NCBI RefSeq assembly: GCF_963506605.1
Contig: NC_083292.1
Location: 35,154,001 to 35,218,000, forward strand
Reading direction: 5' to 3'
From: Zootoca vivipara
Lineage: Eukaryota
DNA: 64,000 nt
Position numbers and translations under genes: made by a program. Below the pieces are notes generated by a model, which did not search any database, was not told where the DNA came from, and worked only from the letters and a program-made list of their open reading frames with translations. Of the stretch, positions 12,186 through 26,700 are shown in pieces; the stretch's first letter is position 1; the number at the start of each line of letters is the position of its first letter.

Positions 12186-15100
12186 TTTATCTCAGTTGTT
12201 GCAAACTTGGGGTTGCTCCTGGGTAAATGTATGGGGAAGGGCCGAAGACCATCTGCTTTGTGTGCGGAAGGTCCCAGGTTTAAAACCATCGAGTACCAGG
12301 TTGAGTACTCCGCGGACCCGTCTGGAACAGATTAATCCACTTTCCATTACTTTCAATGGGAAAGTTCGCTTCAGGTTAAGTACGGACTTCCAGAACCAAT
12401 TAAATACTTAACCTGAGGTACCACTGTACTGTATTGTATTTTAGAGACCCACAACAGCTCACTGGAGAGCATCTGCTCTGCATGCATAAGGCCCCAGGTT
12501 CAGTTTCCTGGCAGGGGTGGGAATATCCTACCTGAAACCTAGAAGAGCCGCTGCCAGTCAATATAGACAATAACAAGCTAGATGGACCAACGGTTGCTCA
12601 GTATAAAGCAGCTTCCTATGTTCCTAAGTGAACTTCATTTCTGTTTAGCAAAGATGCCTGCAGCCAAATAATTTGGCGGGTTGGTAAATATTCCTACCCC
12701 CCTGCCCCTTAGTTTCTATACCTGTGAAAAAGACCCTTCCCAGACTCCAGAGGAGATGGTTATGGAAACAGTTCCCAACAGAAAACCGTTGCTTTAATGG
12801 GGACTAAAGAAACCTCAGTACAAACACCCTACTGCTGTGCAAAGTTATTTTAATTGCAACCAAAGTTTGTTCTGGCTGCATCATCTGGGGTTAGGGAACA
12901 TGCGGTGAGGGGCACACCTATGTTCTCCTTTAATCCCAATGTGACCAAGATCTCTGGGGACAAAATTCTGGCAAGGACTGGGAGTGACACGAATAGGGTT
13001 CCCCCACCCCTCTCCCCCCCACCAAAAAACCCAGAATTTGCAAGTGACTGTTTGCTTTGTCTGACCTTGGGATGCCAAGGAAGGTATCCAAGAACCCACA
13101 GATGCACTTTCTTGAGACATGTGTTTGATCCCTGGTAAGGTCAGCACTCAGGTCTTCAAGGCCTACAGGAGAGCCTAGTGATTAAAGAAAGCCACAGGGC
13201 CTTCCTGCCATTCAAGACTTATGCCCCTACTGGTTTTTATCCTGGCCGCCTGATTGGCCGAGCTTGCACGTAACACTAAACAACGGGCAAGAAGTTTTGT
13301 GCATCAGCCTCAGAGCTTGAGAACTTCCCTTCCACTCCTCAGGCAAGGCTGTGAGGAAACAGGAAATATTTGCTTTGGTTTTCAGATAACCATAGTTATT
13401 CACTATGTCCGAACCAGCATAGACTTTGGTTAGTCTTAACTATGGTTTAGGGCACTTTCCCCTAATTTCACTCCCAACTCCCACCATCCCTGACCACTGG
13501 CAATTCTGGCTGAGGCTGATGGGAGTCCCACAATATCACAAGGCCCATCTAGTCCTGTTCTTATAACCAGATGCTTTGAAAACCCTGGAGGGTACGATGT
13601 TGGGGAAGGCTGGCTTAGGGAAAGAAGCCAGCTTCAACCTGTGGTTCACAATCCTGGTTTGTTTACCACTGTTTGGATTACCAAAGTGACACAGCTTGGG
13701 TGGAATGAGTAACTGTGGTTAAGCGAGAGCTTCTGATCTGGTCCCTGGGGCTGCACCAGAAGCAAAGAGAGAGGGTGCTTGCCAAGGCCCATTCCCATGG
13801 CGCTGATCTGCGGTTGAGCATTACGTCCAAACTCAAGCTATTGTTTGGAAGGATCTGCATCAAATGTTGTGGCCTCAGGGCTGACCTGGCTATCCTTAGC
13901 ACAAGGGTCCCTTTGTCACAGTTCCCACTTGGCACGACCCCACTTAACCTGGCTTCTGGCTCCTGCCCAACCTCCCCTCTTCCTCTTGCAAGCACAGCAG
14001 ACGCCTCCTCTCAATTCAGACCTCAGCTCAGTTCACCCAGTCACAATCATTATGTCTTATACCGGCTGGTAAGTTGTATTTGTTTAAATATGCTTTCCTC
14101 AACCTAGTACTCTCCAGATGTTTTGGACTATAACTCCGATCAGCCCCAGGCAGCATGGCCCAATGGTTGGGGAAGGTGGGAATTTGGAAAAACCTGGAGG
14201 GCCACATTCTCCACATCCCAGACATAACAAGTTAAACCATTGGTCCATCCAGATAAGTATCATCTATACACTGACTAGCAGTGGCTCTCTGAGGTTTCAG
14301 ACAGGAGTTTGTGGGGCTGTAGCTCAAAGTGCTTTGCCAGGCAAAGGTCCCAGGTCCTATACCTGCCACATAGGAACGCAGGAAGCCGTGTTCTACTAAG
14401 AACACTAGTCCATCTAGTACAGCATTGTCCACACTGACTGGCAGACGTTCCCCAGGCTGTCAGGCACAGAGCCTCTCCTGGTCCCTTCTGGAAATGTCAG
14501 GGGTTGAGCCTAGGACTTGCATACAGGGAGGGTTGGGAAGTCAGCATAGACATAACTGAGCTAAGGTTTTGCTGCACATAAGAAAGTTCCCCATGTTCTG
14601 ATGGTGAGATTTAGGAAAAACAACAGAATAACAAAGGTGGGGGGAGTTTGATAACAAAAGATAAAACTGAGTCAAATGAAAGCCACCCTGGTGGTTTTTA
14701 TCCAAACCCAAGGCCCATATAAACAAGGTGGTCCACAAGCCTACAAAAGGCTGTGGGGCAAGAGGTTCAACAGCAATGTTAGAAACTCAGATATATAAGC
14801 TAGGCACCAAATGCCTCCTTAAACCAGGGTTACTGTCACCAAAATGAAATGCCTAGTTGCCAATTTTGGACCAGATGGCTCAAGTGTCGTATTTTTCAAT
14901 GCAATTTTTTGTTTCCTGGAATTCATTCCGATTGTGTGGATAAAATATAATGGATAGAATTCTACAGGATGTGTTGCTAGTGTGTGAAAAGAGTCAAGAT
15001 CCAAGGATCCCCAGGCATGTACCTCCAGATGGTAGAGAGAGATGTCAGGTGCCATCCTGGCATCTTCACTTGGTCGCAAGTGGCCAATAGTCAGGTGCAA

Positions 15101-16700
15101 AATGTGCCTGGCGAATTCCAAACACTGTTCAACAGGCCTCCTGAGTGCGGCTATACTGAAGTCTGGGAGCCACAACTGAGAAAGCCCTGCCTCACATGCT
15201 CAGCGACCCTGCTTTGGACAGTGTTGGAATGTGCAGCACAGACTCCCTGGTACATCTCAAGAGAGAAAGGTAATCTCTAAGTCAGGGCGGGGCGACCTTC
15301 TTTAGTCTGAGAGCCACAACCCTGCCTGGGCAACCTTCCAGGGGCCACCTTGCCATTGGCGGCCATGTCCAGAGGCCAAAATCAGTGGAGCAATGAATGA
15401 AAATTTTAACTTTGTACTGTAAGCTAATTTCTACACACACACCTCTATCTTCCATCCAAGAAAGCAAGAGGCATAATCAGAATCCAAGGAGTCAAGTCAT
15501 CCCAGATAGGGAAAAACATTCAAGGAGGGGCATGAAGCAGGGGATGGGAAAAGCTCTGAGAGATGGACCCCAGGCCTGCATTCCCCACAGGTCTGGGTTC
15601 CCTCATTCTTGCCTTAAACGTTATCAATCTCTGCACAGTGTAACCCTGAAAAGATTCCAAGGAAAGCCATGGTTCCCAGGGGGAAAACACCACCACCACA
15701 ATGTTGCGCTAATTTTCATGCTTTGGGACAACATGAAGACTAGAAAATTATTGCAAACATAGTTAGGGGAAAATGAATAGGTAAACCACCATATATTAGA
15801 TAGGATTGATGTGAGTTTATAAAATTATGCACAGAATGGAGAAAACGGATAGGGGGAAGCTTTTCTACTCCCTCTCTCACCACACTAGAACTCATGGATA
15901 TTTACCGTAATGAAGCTGAACGCTGGAAGATTCAGGACAGGAAAAAGTGTTTCTTCGTGGAGCACAGAGTTTATCTATGAATTCGGTCCCACAGGAGGCA
16001 GTGATGGCCACCAAGTTGGATGGGTTTAAAATAAAAATTGGCACATTCACAGAGGAGAAGGCTATTAATGGCTACTAGCGATGATGGCCATGCTATGCCT
16101 CCATGGTCGGAGGCAGTACTGCTTTTCGATACCAGTTGTTGGAAGCCGCAAGAGGGGAGAGTGCTCTTGTGCTCCAAGTCCTGCTTTCAAGCTTCCCATT
16201 AGGGATGCTGATCGGCCACTGTGAGAACAGGATGCTGGACTAGATGGGCTGCTGGCCTGATCCAGCAGGTCCTTCGTATGCAGGAGGTGCTGGTTTTTAA
16301 ATCCCAACAGAGGCAGAGTCTGTGCCCTCCCCGTTCCCAAATCAGTTCCCCAGGAAGCTCCACGAGGGCTTGTAAAACCATTGGGGAGCGGAGCAGGCAA
16401 ACAGGAACAGTGAAGGTACCAAGAAAGCAATGGAGATGCAGAGCAAGGGGGAAGGAGGAAGGAGAAGCGAAAAAGTAGAATGTTGGAACAAAACCCAAGG
16501 GACAGCCAGCTGATCCGACGCAGGCCTGGAGTCACAGCAATCTGAGAGAAATCAAATAAGTCAGATTTCTCCGTACAGATAGATTTGTGGCCTGCAAAGC
16601 TTCTGGGAATGAGGACAGGCCACGTGGCTGACATGGAGGAGGCTGGACAGCATCTCACCCAAAGGGCTTTGGCATGCCGTTCATCTGGTTCTGTTTCAAG

Positions 16701-16702
<2 letters not shown>

Positions 16703-16749
<47 letters not shown>
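16703..16749. repeat. (AC)n microsatellite
   Basis: Direct reading. Confidence 0.98.
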
Positions 16750-16751
<2 letters not shown>

Positions 16752-19400
16752 TCAGACTATGCTCTGAGCGACCGATTGATTGCAAAAGGATGGGAACTGC
16801 CTTATAGGTCAGACCGGAGTGTAGAATTTTGTTCAGCTTGAGGTCCACACTCACTTGTGACCCATCTTCTGGAGGTCGCATGCCAGGGGCAGGGAGAGCC
16901 AGAGGTAAAAGTGGGTGGAGCAATGGATTAGGCCAGTGTTTTCAAGCTCTGGTTCGCCTGATATTGTTGGACTACAATTTCCAGCACCCCTGACTATTGC
17001 CTAAGCTGGTGGTGGATTGTGAACTCGAGGTTGAAGAGCTCCATAGTGGGCAATGTTCCAGCCATGCTGGAACACAGGGGCTTCCACACACAATCCTCTC
17101 TGTCCTCCATGCAGGCAAGGCAAGAGACATGATCACAGGCTAAGGGTACATTCCAGCCAGGCCAAAAAAAAAGTTATGGCATGGGGAGGGGGGTGGTCTA
17201 GGGAGAGTCCCAAGGGCCAGAGAGAGAGGTGTGGAGGGCCACATTTGGGCCTGAAGTTCCCCACCCTTGGGCTCAGACTGAAAGGTCTACCTAGTCCTTT
17301 ATCTAGTACTGAGCTACTAGTACTGGGCTTCTGACCAGAGAGGCCTTCTGGAAACCCACAACCACAGCATGAAGATGGTGGCCTTCTCTCTCTCTCTCTT
17401 TTGTTCACTTCCATCAAGTATCCGACGCATAGAGGCAGAGTGACTCTGCATGTGGATTGAAACTTATGGAACTCACTCCCACAAGGGGTAGTGATGGCCC
17501 TTGGATGGCTTTAAAAGAGGATTAGGCAAATTCGTGGAGAAGGATAGCAGTGCCTACAGGCTATGACAGCTACGCTGTGCCTTCACAGCTGGAGCTGGAA
17601 ATGCCAGTTGCTGCTGCACTCAGGTCTTACTTGTGGGCCTCCCACCGAGCATCTGGATGGCCACCGTGAGAACACAATGCTGGACCTGCCTGATCCAGCT
17701 ACTCTCACGTTCTTATGATTTTCTCCAACTGCTGCCATTTCAGCGCTCCTTTCACAAATCCAATTCTTCGAAAAAGTCATCCAAGGGCAGTTGGTTACAC
17801 ACCACATTTCTGCAAGGTGTGCAAGGAAGGGAGAAGGGGTAAAAGGTTCCCTTCGGTAGAATGGAGTGTTGAGCCATTTTAATCCATGTTGCGAGAAGCG
17901 TTCTAGCATGGGTGGCCTCTACGATTGGGTAATCAATGCGGATGCCGCCTTGGACCATTGCCAGCCGGCACAGCCAACAGTCGGGGATGATGGGAGTTGG
18001 AGAGCAGTAGTAGTTGGAGTGCCTGATTTCCCATCCCTGCAGCATATGACAGGGAAGTAGAGACAACCTCAGTTCAGATGCCTGTCTTGATACCAGCCCC
18101 CTCTGCCTAGCCCCCAAAGCCCAAGGGTCCCCCAACCAAATCCCTGCAGACAAAAGATCTTAATAAGTTCTTGAATGGAGAAAAGGGAGGCTTTAGCAGA
18201 TGCTCTTCTTTGGGTGATCAGGATTCTCTTTATTGTCTGTCCTGGGTTGCCGCTGCCGCCACCACCAGATGTTCTCAAGATTTCTTCTCCTACATGACTC
18301 AAAGCTACTCAAATCCTGAGTCTCGGCCTACACATAAAGCCAGCAGGCAAGGTGCATAAAGAGGAGGCTCAGTTATAGCCAACAGCAGGAGGGAGGGTCT
18401 TCGCAGAGCCCATTGCCTGTGCCCTTGGCAAGGTTTGTGTGGGAGACAGTGGGTGCAGTCGACATTCCTGGCTCCTGTTCCAATTTTGTTTTCCATTTTA
18501 ATTAGTTGCTAAAGAACTGCAGGCATTTAGGCCTTCTCCAGCAAGAGTCGTCAGCAACAAAAGATCCACAAAGACATTGTTCTGCCCTGTTCCTACCCTC
18601 GCTGTGGTTGGCGATGGACTACAAGAGCAAATTTTACCTGCTCTGTCTGCTCCTCTGGGGACTTATTGGGTTTCAATTAAGGTGTGGCAAAAAAAGTGTC
18701 TCCCCCCCCTGCAGTTTTTACTGTTAGGTGAAGAAACGTTTTTGAGTCCTTAAAAGAATGTTACACACTCCTCTCCTTGGGGGTTTCATACGCCGTGCCC
18801 AGAAGGCTGCTGTTGGTGCCCCATAATTGTGCAATTCTGGGTGGTGGTAAATTTCTCTGCTTTCTTTTAAATGCATTTACACCCTTCCTTTCCTTACCGG
18901 TATTTAAAAACTCAAGGAGGCTAATAAGAAGATCAAAGCACAATTTGAAATATCAATTACAGAGACATTAAGACACTAAATACTGAACAACACCCACTCC
19001 CAATACCACCAGAGTAGCAGATCAAACCCTGGATAATCATAAAAATAAAGACAAAAGAATCATCTATGAGTCAAACGCCATCTTTAAAAAAGGAAGGTTT
19101 TGACTATGTTTTGGGTGAGACATGATTCCTTTGGGAGAGAGTTCCAGAGCCTAGGCACGGCCATGGAAAAGGCCCTCTTCCTACTCTCAAGCCAGTGTAT
19201 TCCATAGGAACTCCAAGAACCTGCCTCATACTGAGACCATTTGCCCATCTAGTTCCATATTGCCTACACTGATGGGCATAGGCTCCCCAGGATTCCAGAC
19301 TAGAGTTTTTCCCCAGCCCTACCTAGAGACTGCCTGGGACCTTCCGCATGCAAAGCAGGCTGTCTACCCCTATGAGTTGTAGTCCTTTACCCAATAATAA

Positions 19401-19660
19401 TCCTGCCCACCTAGCAGTTCGAAAGCATATCAAAGTGCAAGTAGATAAATAGGGACCGCTCCGGCGGGAAGGTAAACGGCGTTTCCGTGAGCTGCTCTGG
19501 TTTGCCAGAAGCAGCTTTGTCATGCTGGCAACATGACCTGGAAGCCGTCTGCGGACAAACGCCGGCTCCCTCGGCCTATAGAGCGAGATGAGCGCCGCAA
19601 CCCCAGAGTCGGACACGACTGGACCTGATGGTCAGGGGGCCCTTGACCTTTTACCTTTAC
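19401..19660 (+). mobile_element. 5'-truncated Sauria SINE
   Basis: Body GGGAAGGTAAACGGCGTTTCCG...GAGATGAGCGCCGCAACCCCAGAGTCGGACACGACT (Bov-B-like tail), ending in ACCTTT repeats and flanked by CCAATAATAA on both sides. Confidence 0.9.
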
Positions 19661-22600
19661 CCAATAATAAACCAAGATTCCAGTCCTCATGTTTCTGAAT
19701 AACAGGATGATTTAAGAAGCTGCCCTATAACAATACAGTCAATTGGTCCATCTAGCTTGGTACTGTCTACACTGACTGGCAGCAGATCTCTTAGGTTTTC
19801 TGAGAGGGTTCTCTCCCAGCTCTACCTGGAGATGCCAGGGATTGACACCTGGGACCTTCGGCATGCCAAGCAGATGCTCTACCACTGAGCTGCAGCACTT
19901 TCAAGGATGTTGGGATCCACAGGAGGATCTGAACATTTGGTCCCAGAGCCTGACCGCTCCAGAGGCAGCAACATACCCTTTCAGCTACCACTTCCTGGAG
20001 AGAAGACCATGCACTACTCCACTGCAAGCTTACAGCATGGTCATCTGCTCTGTCTGCCCATCTATGGATATCCCAGGATTCTATTCTAGCTTGCTATTCA
20101 TTCTCTGGGAGACAGCAAGTATTATGGGAAAACAACATGCAAGGTTTCACAAATATCTTGTTCCAGAGGGAGCTGGGCAACTGAGTATTTCTGGAGGGCT
20201 GCTTTGAGAAGAAGGCCCAATTGCCAGCCCTACCACCGCCAAAGAATCCTGCAGCATCGAACCCCCACCATTCCCACATCCCTCACTAATGCTGGCAAAT
20301 GAGAGGACAAGAATACTCCGCCAGGGGTTGGATTTGTCCCCAGGGACTGCCAGTTGCTGATCCCCAGTGCTGGAAATGGGGCACTTTCCACCCTGTAGAA
20401 GTGTGATGCTTTTTTTGCCCTGCCAAATCAGATCAAGGGGCCTTCTAGTCCCCCCTTCTGTTTCCAAACTCTGGACAGCCAGAGTCCCCCTGAAATGTCA
20501 CTCTCAGGGCATGGAGACAACGGCTTTCCCCTGGCTCTTTACTCCCGGTCATCTGAAAACACAAAGAGAGCCCTCTAGGGTCAGACCAAATGTCTGCCCA
20601 GTGCAGGGGGGAGGGAGGTTGAATGTGGCCCTCCAGGCCTCTGCATCTGGCCCTTCGGATTCTCCCTGGGCCATACCTCTCCATGACCCGTTTTTCTCAG
20701 GCCACACATCCCACCAGCCTTGCTGCACCCCTTTTCAGAGAGGATTCTGCCTGCCTGGAAGGTCTCCTTGAACTCTGTGATTAGGATGCTTGCTTGCCTG
20801 GATGGAGGATAGAGAAGGGTGTGTGAGCATGTGCGGAAACTGACCTACGGCACAAAGGTAACATTTACATACATTGATCTGCCCACTTTGCCCTTGGCCC
20901 CACCCACCACTGGCACATGGCCCTCAGAGGGCTGCCCAGAAGGGAATATAGCCCTCAGGCTGAGCAAGGTTCCCCAGCCCGATCTAGTGCAACATCTTAT
21001 TTTCACCCCAGCAGCCCAACAACTGCCCCTGGGAATCCCACTTGCAGGGCAGCTCCTGTCTGTCTCCAGAATTTGGCATTCTGGGGCTCACTGCCCATGT
21101 TAGGTGGAAAGCCCCATCTACGTAGCATGCTGGCTAACAAGCTGTTGAAATACCTCTCTGCTCAGGACAGCCTCCATCCTGCTTTTTACCTTCAGCCTAC
21201 AACAGACTCTACTGTACAAGATCATCTAGATTCCAAATTTCACAATCCTAAGAATCACACGGGCGCACGTGGTCCCTGCCTTTGGCACAGTTTCTTCTGC
21301 CTTGCTCTGAGCCCACCCTGCAGAGGTTGTTCCCCCCACCCCACCCTCTGGGTCTGGGAGAGGGGTGCTGGTGCTGACTCAATACTGCCAGATCTCCCCC
21401 CCCCCCGCATCAAAAGCTGCTCCGCCTCAGCTTCTCCGAGAGCGAGCGGATGTCACTGCTGTTAAAAAAGAAAAGAAAGAGAGATGCGTTTCGAGACAGG
21501 ACACGCACAAAATGGCTGTCTCCCAAGATGAAACGTTTCCATACAATGCTATAAAAAGGACAATCGCCAAAAAAGGAAACCGGGACTTGACAGCCAGGCG
21601 GTCCGAGGAGCAGGACGGGGAGGAGAGATGCGAGAAGACCAAGCCATTCCCAGCCACCCTTCTCAGACTGGCTCAGACCCTGCCTCTTCCTTCCAGTGCC
21701 TATGCTGGCACAACACTCTCTCTCTCTCCCCCACCCCCACCCCCGTTTCTCATTCCGCACCCAACTTGGCAAAAAGAGATACTCTCCGCAGCAATTGTGC
21801 CTTGTGAGTTTGGAGACTGAGGAGAAGGAAAAGAAGCTCGCCTTACAAACAAACCACAGCTTTCTTCCAAGGAGCCCGCGATCCAAATTCCACCGTGATC
21901 CATTACAGTTGTGGGAGTGGGGATTACAAATCACGCTCCCCAACGACAGCAAGACAACGGTTCTCAGAAAGTGTGTACGGAGAAGTGGCGATGAGAGAGA
22001 GCTAGACGTCCCCAGACAAACTGGACTCTTGTTTTCGAAGGAAGCAGAGAGAGCAGCTGCCGGCACAGTTATCCGTAGGAGCCATTTCGGCGCAAGCTCA
22101 TTGAAATGGCTCTTCCCCCCACCCCGCATCTTCCTTACAGCTCGTCGGAAGCAAATTATCCAAAGATGCTGGGAAGCTCACCTTGTAATAAAGCAGCTCA
22201 CCCAAGACACTGCAACAGCTCTCGGCATTAAAGTGGGCTTGTTGAATGCAGGAAGTGACCTTATACAGACTACTCAGTTCAGTATTGTCAACACAGACCA
22301 GCAGCCGCTCTCCGAGATTTCAGACTGGAACCTTCTCAGCCCTACTTGGGGGGTGCCAGGAATTGAACCTGGGACCTTCTGCATACATAGAAGGTGCTTG
22401 AGCTACGGCCCTTCACCATAACATAGGAACGTAAGACGCTGCCTTATACCAAGTAAGACCAGCCGGGCTCATCTAGCTCAGTACTGCTGACACTGACTGA
22501 CAGCAGCCGTCTGGGGTTTTAGACTGGTGACATTCCTACCGCTGCACGGTTTCTCCCAGAGGAACATCAGAGGTAGGGCAGGGAGGATCAAGCAAGCAAA

Positions 22601-22951
22601 AATGAACAGAGGATGGATGGGGGGAAATTTTGGCTACCTGGGATTTGAAGAAAGGGAAATCATTTGAAAGGAACAGTACATGAAATTTGACTACCTAGCT
22701 GCATACAGAGGGCAGTTTATCCTGCTTCAAAAGGTATACACAGTATACACTTCACATCCATGAAAGAACTTGGGGGAGCCTCTGCAGCATTTTCCTCTGT
22801 ATGACCATATTAATCCTTACACCAGCCCAATAAGGTGGTCCAACACACAATGGAAAACATCTCAACTCAGTGTGCAGGGGTGAAGCTGGCAAATTCCACG
22901 CTGGGGAAAAGGGATGAAAAGTCGAGGACGAAGAACACAATGCCATATTAC

Positions 22952-22952
<1 letters not shown>

Positions 22953-22996
<44 letters not shown>
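22953..22996. repeat. (AC)n microsatellite
   Basis: Direct reading. Confidence 0.98.
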
Positions 22997-22997
<1 letters not shown>

Positions 22998-23576
22998 CGA
23001 GTTTATAAAACTATGGATGGAGAAACTTTGGGGTTTGGCAGTCACCCCACAAAATTGACTAGCAGCAGATTCCAAGGACGCAAAAGGAAGTACTTGTTGC
23101 ATGCAGCACCGAATTAATCTATGGAACTCACTGTCACATCACAAAGAAAGTGCGCTTACGCAGAAGGTGCCAGGATTAGTATCTGGCATCACTAACTATA
23201 GAGGATCAGGTAACAGAGGGAAGACCTTTCTCTGCCCAACACCCTGGAGAGTCGTTGTTACTCAGAGTAGCCACTACTGGGCTAGAGGACAGCTTCCTTG
23301 GGCTCTGTTTGTGGCGATGGATATTAGCGAAAGGAATTGCGGGAGTAGAGTAGCCTATCAATACCTATTGGCCTTGATGGCTGTAAGCATCACCTGTATT
23401 TTTCAGAGGCTGCCTAATCCTGAATACTAGTTGCTGGGAGGAGATCCATTGGCAAGGACTGGTTGTTGGGCCTTTGGTGGAACAGCAGGCACTGGATGAA
23501 TTGAACTAGCAGGGCTTCCCTTGCATTATTATCCTCCGTGTGGTGGGGTGGGGAAACATAATAAGCCATATACACA

Positions 23577-23727
23577 GGGGACGACAGAGGACAAGATGGT
23601 TGGACAGTGTTCTCGAAGCTACGAACATGAATTTGACCAAACTGCGGGAGGCAGTGGAAGACAGGGAGTGCCTGGCGTGCTATGGTCCATGGGGTCACGA
23701 AGAGTCGGACACGACTAAACAACAACA
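23577..23727 (+). mobile_element. Bov-B LINE 3' end
   Basis: Encodes RGRQRTRWLDSVLEATNM..., ends GAAGAGTCGGACACGACTAAACAACAAC; near-identical to 53220-53380. Confidence 0.9.
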
Positions 23728-26700
23728 TAATTATGCATGGTGTAGAGAAAGTGAAATACTTCTTTCTATCCATTTTCTCTACACCATGAATTATATTGTA
23801 TATATTTCTTCATCATTGTATACACCTCTTACTCCTAATACTAGAACTCGGTGACAGCCAATGAAGCTGTTGGAAGATTTGGGATGAAATGAACTACTTT
23901 TTCCATGCAAAGCACAGTTGAACTATGAAATTCACTCCTGCAAGAGGTACTGCTGGGCGCCAACTTGGATGGCTTTAAAAGAGATTTAGACAAATCCACA
24001 GAGGATGCGGCTATCAGTGGCTGCCAGCATGATGGCTATGTTCTCACTCCACTGTGGGAAGGAAGGAGGCCTCTGGTTATCAGCAGCTAGTAGGAACCGC
24101 GAGCGGGGAGAGCTGCTATTGCTCAGGTCCTGCCTGAGGATTTCCCACGGGCTCTTGTTATGTTTCTATTGCAGGTGAGGGAAAAGCAGTTTGCTAAACA
24201 AAAGCCAGCTTTGCCCATAGGCCAGTCAAAGGCTTCCCAACAGAGGATAAAAAAATTTATCGGGGACCTTCCAGACTCATGGCTCACCTTCTTAGCGCCT
24301 AACTCTACCTGGGTTCTCACATCAGTTCACTTGTCTGGAGACGACAAGAGTCAGAATGGAGTGTTCAGGAGGGGTTTCTTAATGACCGCTCCTTAGTCCC
24401 TGTGCCATTCCAGGCTGCAAGTGAGGGACATATGCCCAAGCCCCAAACATCAACAGCTACCCAAGCCCCAAACACCTATACTGGTACTTCCCCAAGGATA
24501 AATCTAAAACAGCAAGGAGCCTGGCCTATTTCTTGCTGCATTTGTTTCCTACTTGCAGGAAGTATCTTTTTGTACTTTAAATGCAGGGGAGGGGGATCTA
24601 TGCTTTGCCAGACTTGCAGTCTAAAAAACGTTATAGTCTGTTCTACCAGCTTAGGGCTCTAAACCACATTACTCTACAGAACAGGCCTGGTTTTTAAGGT
24701 GGTGGCTTAAAAAAAACCCTGGACTGTGTCAAGTCAGATTGAAGGGAGTGGATTACATCTTGGAAAGCTTTTTGCATTGCAGGGGGAATAAGCACAGACA
24801 GAGAAGGCTGGACTGGAACTTCTCCTCTGATACAGTCATTTCTGATGCTAGGTGTCTTTCATTTTTAATAAATGAATGGGGAATGCTTAAAAGCAGTAGC
24901 CCCCACTTGCAATCCAAAGTGGTACAGTCTATTCTACCAGCTCAGGATTCTGCCACCTAACTCTGTCCTATCAGTAGGCCAGGGGAGCACAGGCCAGTCC
25001 TCTAACTCCCACTGGTGGAGAGCAGAGAGGGGGGAGAGAGAAAGCAAGGGAAGGAGAGCGACTGCAGACAACATTCAGAGAAGTCCATTCACTCCCACTG
25101 AAACAAGGAGTTTCAAGTGGATAGAGTTGTGACTCTTCACGGGTTCAAGAGGGGCGTCCTTCCCAGCCCCTACCTGGAGATGTTGGAGATTGAACCCGGG
25201 ACCCTCTGCATGCAAAATGCCTGCTCTGCCACTGAGCTACAACTCCATCCGGCAGTCAGCCAGGGGCTTTAACTTGGTACTTTACCAGCACCAACCATCT
25301 CCATGCATCATAGAGGGTTAAAGCTCAGCATCAATCGGTGCTCGCCATGATAACTCAGCAGAACCACCCGGTTTTGCAACAATATTCCTCCAAATGCTCG
25401 GCAACAACCATAGTCAAACAGAAGGTACTGCCTTCATGTGCAGATGTGGTCTTCCCAGAAGGGCCTGGCAGGCCGCTGTGAGGAAAAGGGGGTGCTGGAC
25501 AATAAGATCCACCTAGGATACTCCTCCATTGACTGCTGACCATGGCTAGCTGGGGCTGATGGGAGTCCTTTGGATAGGAGTCCATTGGAGATTCCTCATC
25601 CTTTTGAGAAAGGATGAGATACATTCAGAGTGGGTAAGCTGATCAGATGTGATTATCCACAATAGCTACATGGAACTTTTAGGTTCAGAGGCAGTTTACC
25701 TCCAGTACCAGTTCCGGGGGTGTATTTGTGTGTATGTGTGTCACAGGTACAGGAATGGGCTATGGCTTTCATGGTCTACTTGGGGCCTTCGCAGAGGCGA
25801 CCTGCTCAGCCCCTGTGGGAAACAGAATGCCCAAAGGGACAGATCCAGGGGTCTTCTTATGCAGTGGAGGGTGGTCCACTTGGGCAAACAAGGCACAGCC
25901 CCACCAACCTCTATCTGCCCTCAGCCAGCCCCAACCTACCCACTTACAACAACCAGTCCAGGGGGTGGCCCTGCCTGCCAGCTTCTTGGTCTCCATGTTG
26001 ACCCTCGTAGAACTTAGCAAGAAGAGGGTGGGGAGGAAACTTGAACTGGTTGGCTCTGCCTCTCATTGTCTCTGGCACCACCTACTGTTGGGCTCCTGAT
26101 CTTCCACCCCATCAGTCCCAATGAGCACCAGCCACCACTGTTGTCCCTGCCTGAGCAGTCTACCAGCAAAGGAAGCCCCATTGTGTTCACTGTAGGATTA
26201 CAGCCTGCCCTTGGCTTTGGCTCCAGCTATGGTTGGCCTCTCTGCCTTCTGCCCTGCCAGTCCCAACAGGCACTGGCCGCTCCTGTTCTTAGGGCCTTGG
26301 GTTTCATTTCAGCCATGGACAGAGTGGAAGCCTTTGAGCAAGAGCAGGCTCACAACTCTTCGTTCCCACTGAATTCAGCTCCCCGTGAATTTTCACCTAG
26401 CGCTTAGCTAAAGAAGCTTTGCAACGTGGAAATACATACACCGAGCAGGTACAGAGTGCCGTTCTCCCTGACAACAGAGAAACTCCTGCTGGCCAACACA
26501 ACTTTGCGGCTTCTCAAAGTGGAGGGTGCAAAAAAAAAAAAACACCAAAAACCCCACACCAGTAAAACATAAACATGGGATACCTTTGCAGGAGCTGAAC
26601 CACCACAGTGGCACATCCCTTTCGAAGCCCCAAACAAACCGAAGCAGACAACATTATTAAGAAGCAGGCGATGAAAGCCGCTCTGCGATAGCAAACGAAA

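Noticed and set aside
21410-22421. Overlapping 239-aa and 241-aa ORFs
   Set aside because: No recognisable domain; low-complexity, and the plus-strand ORF runs into a SINE. Probably chance ORFs.
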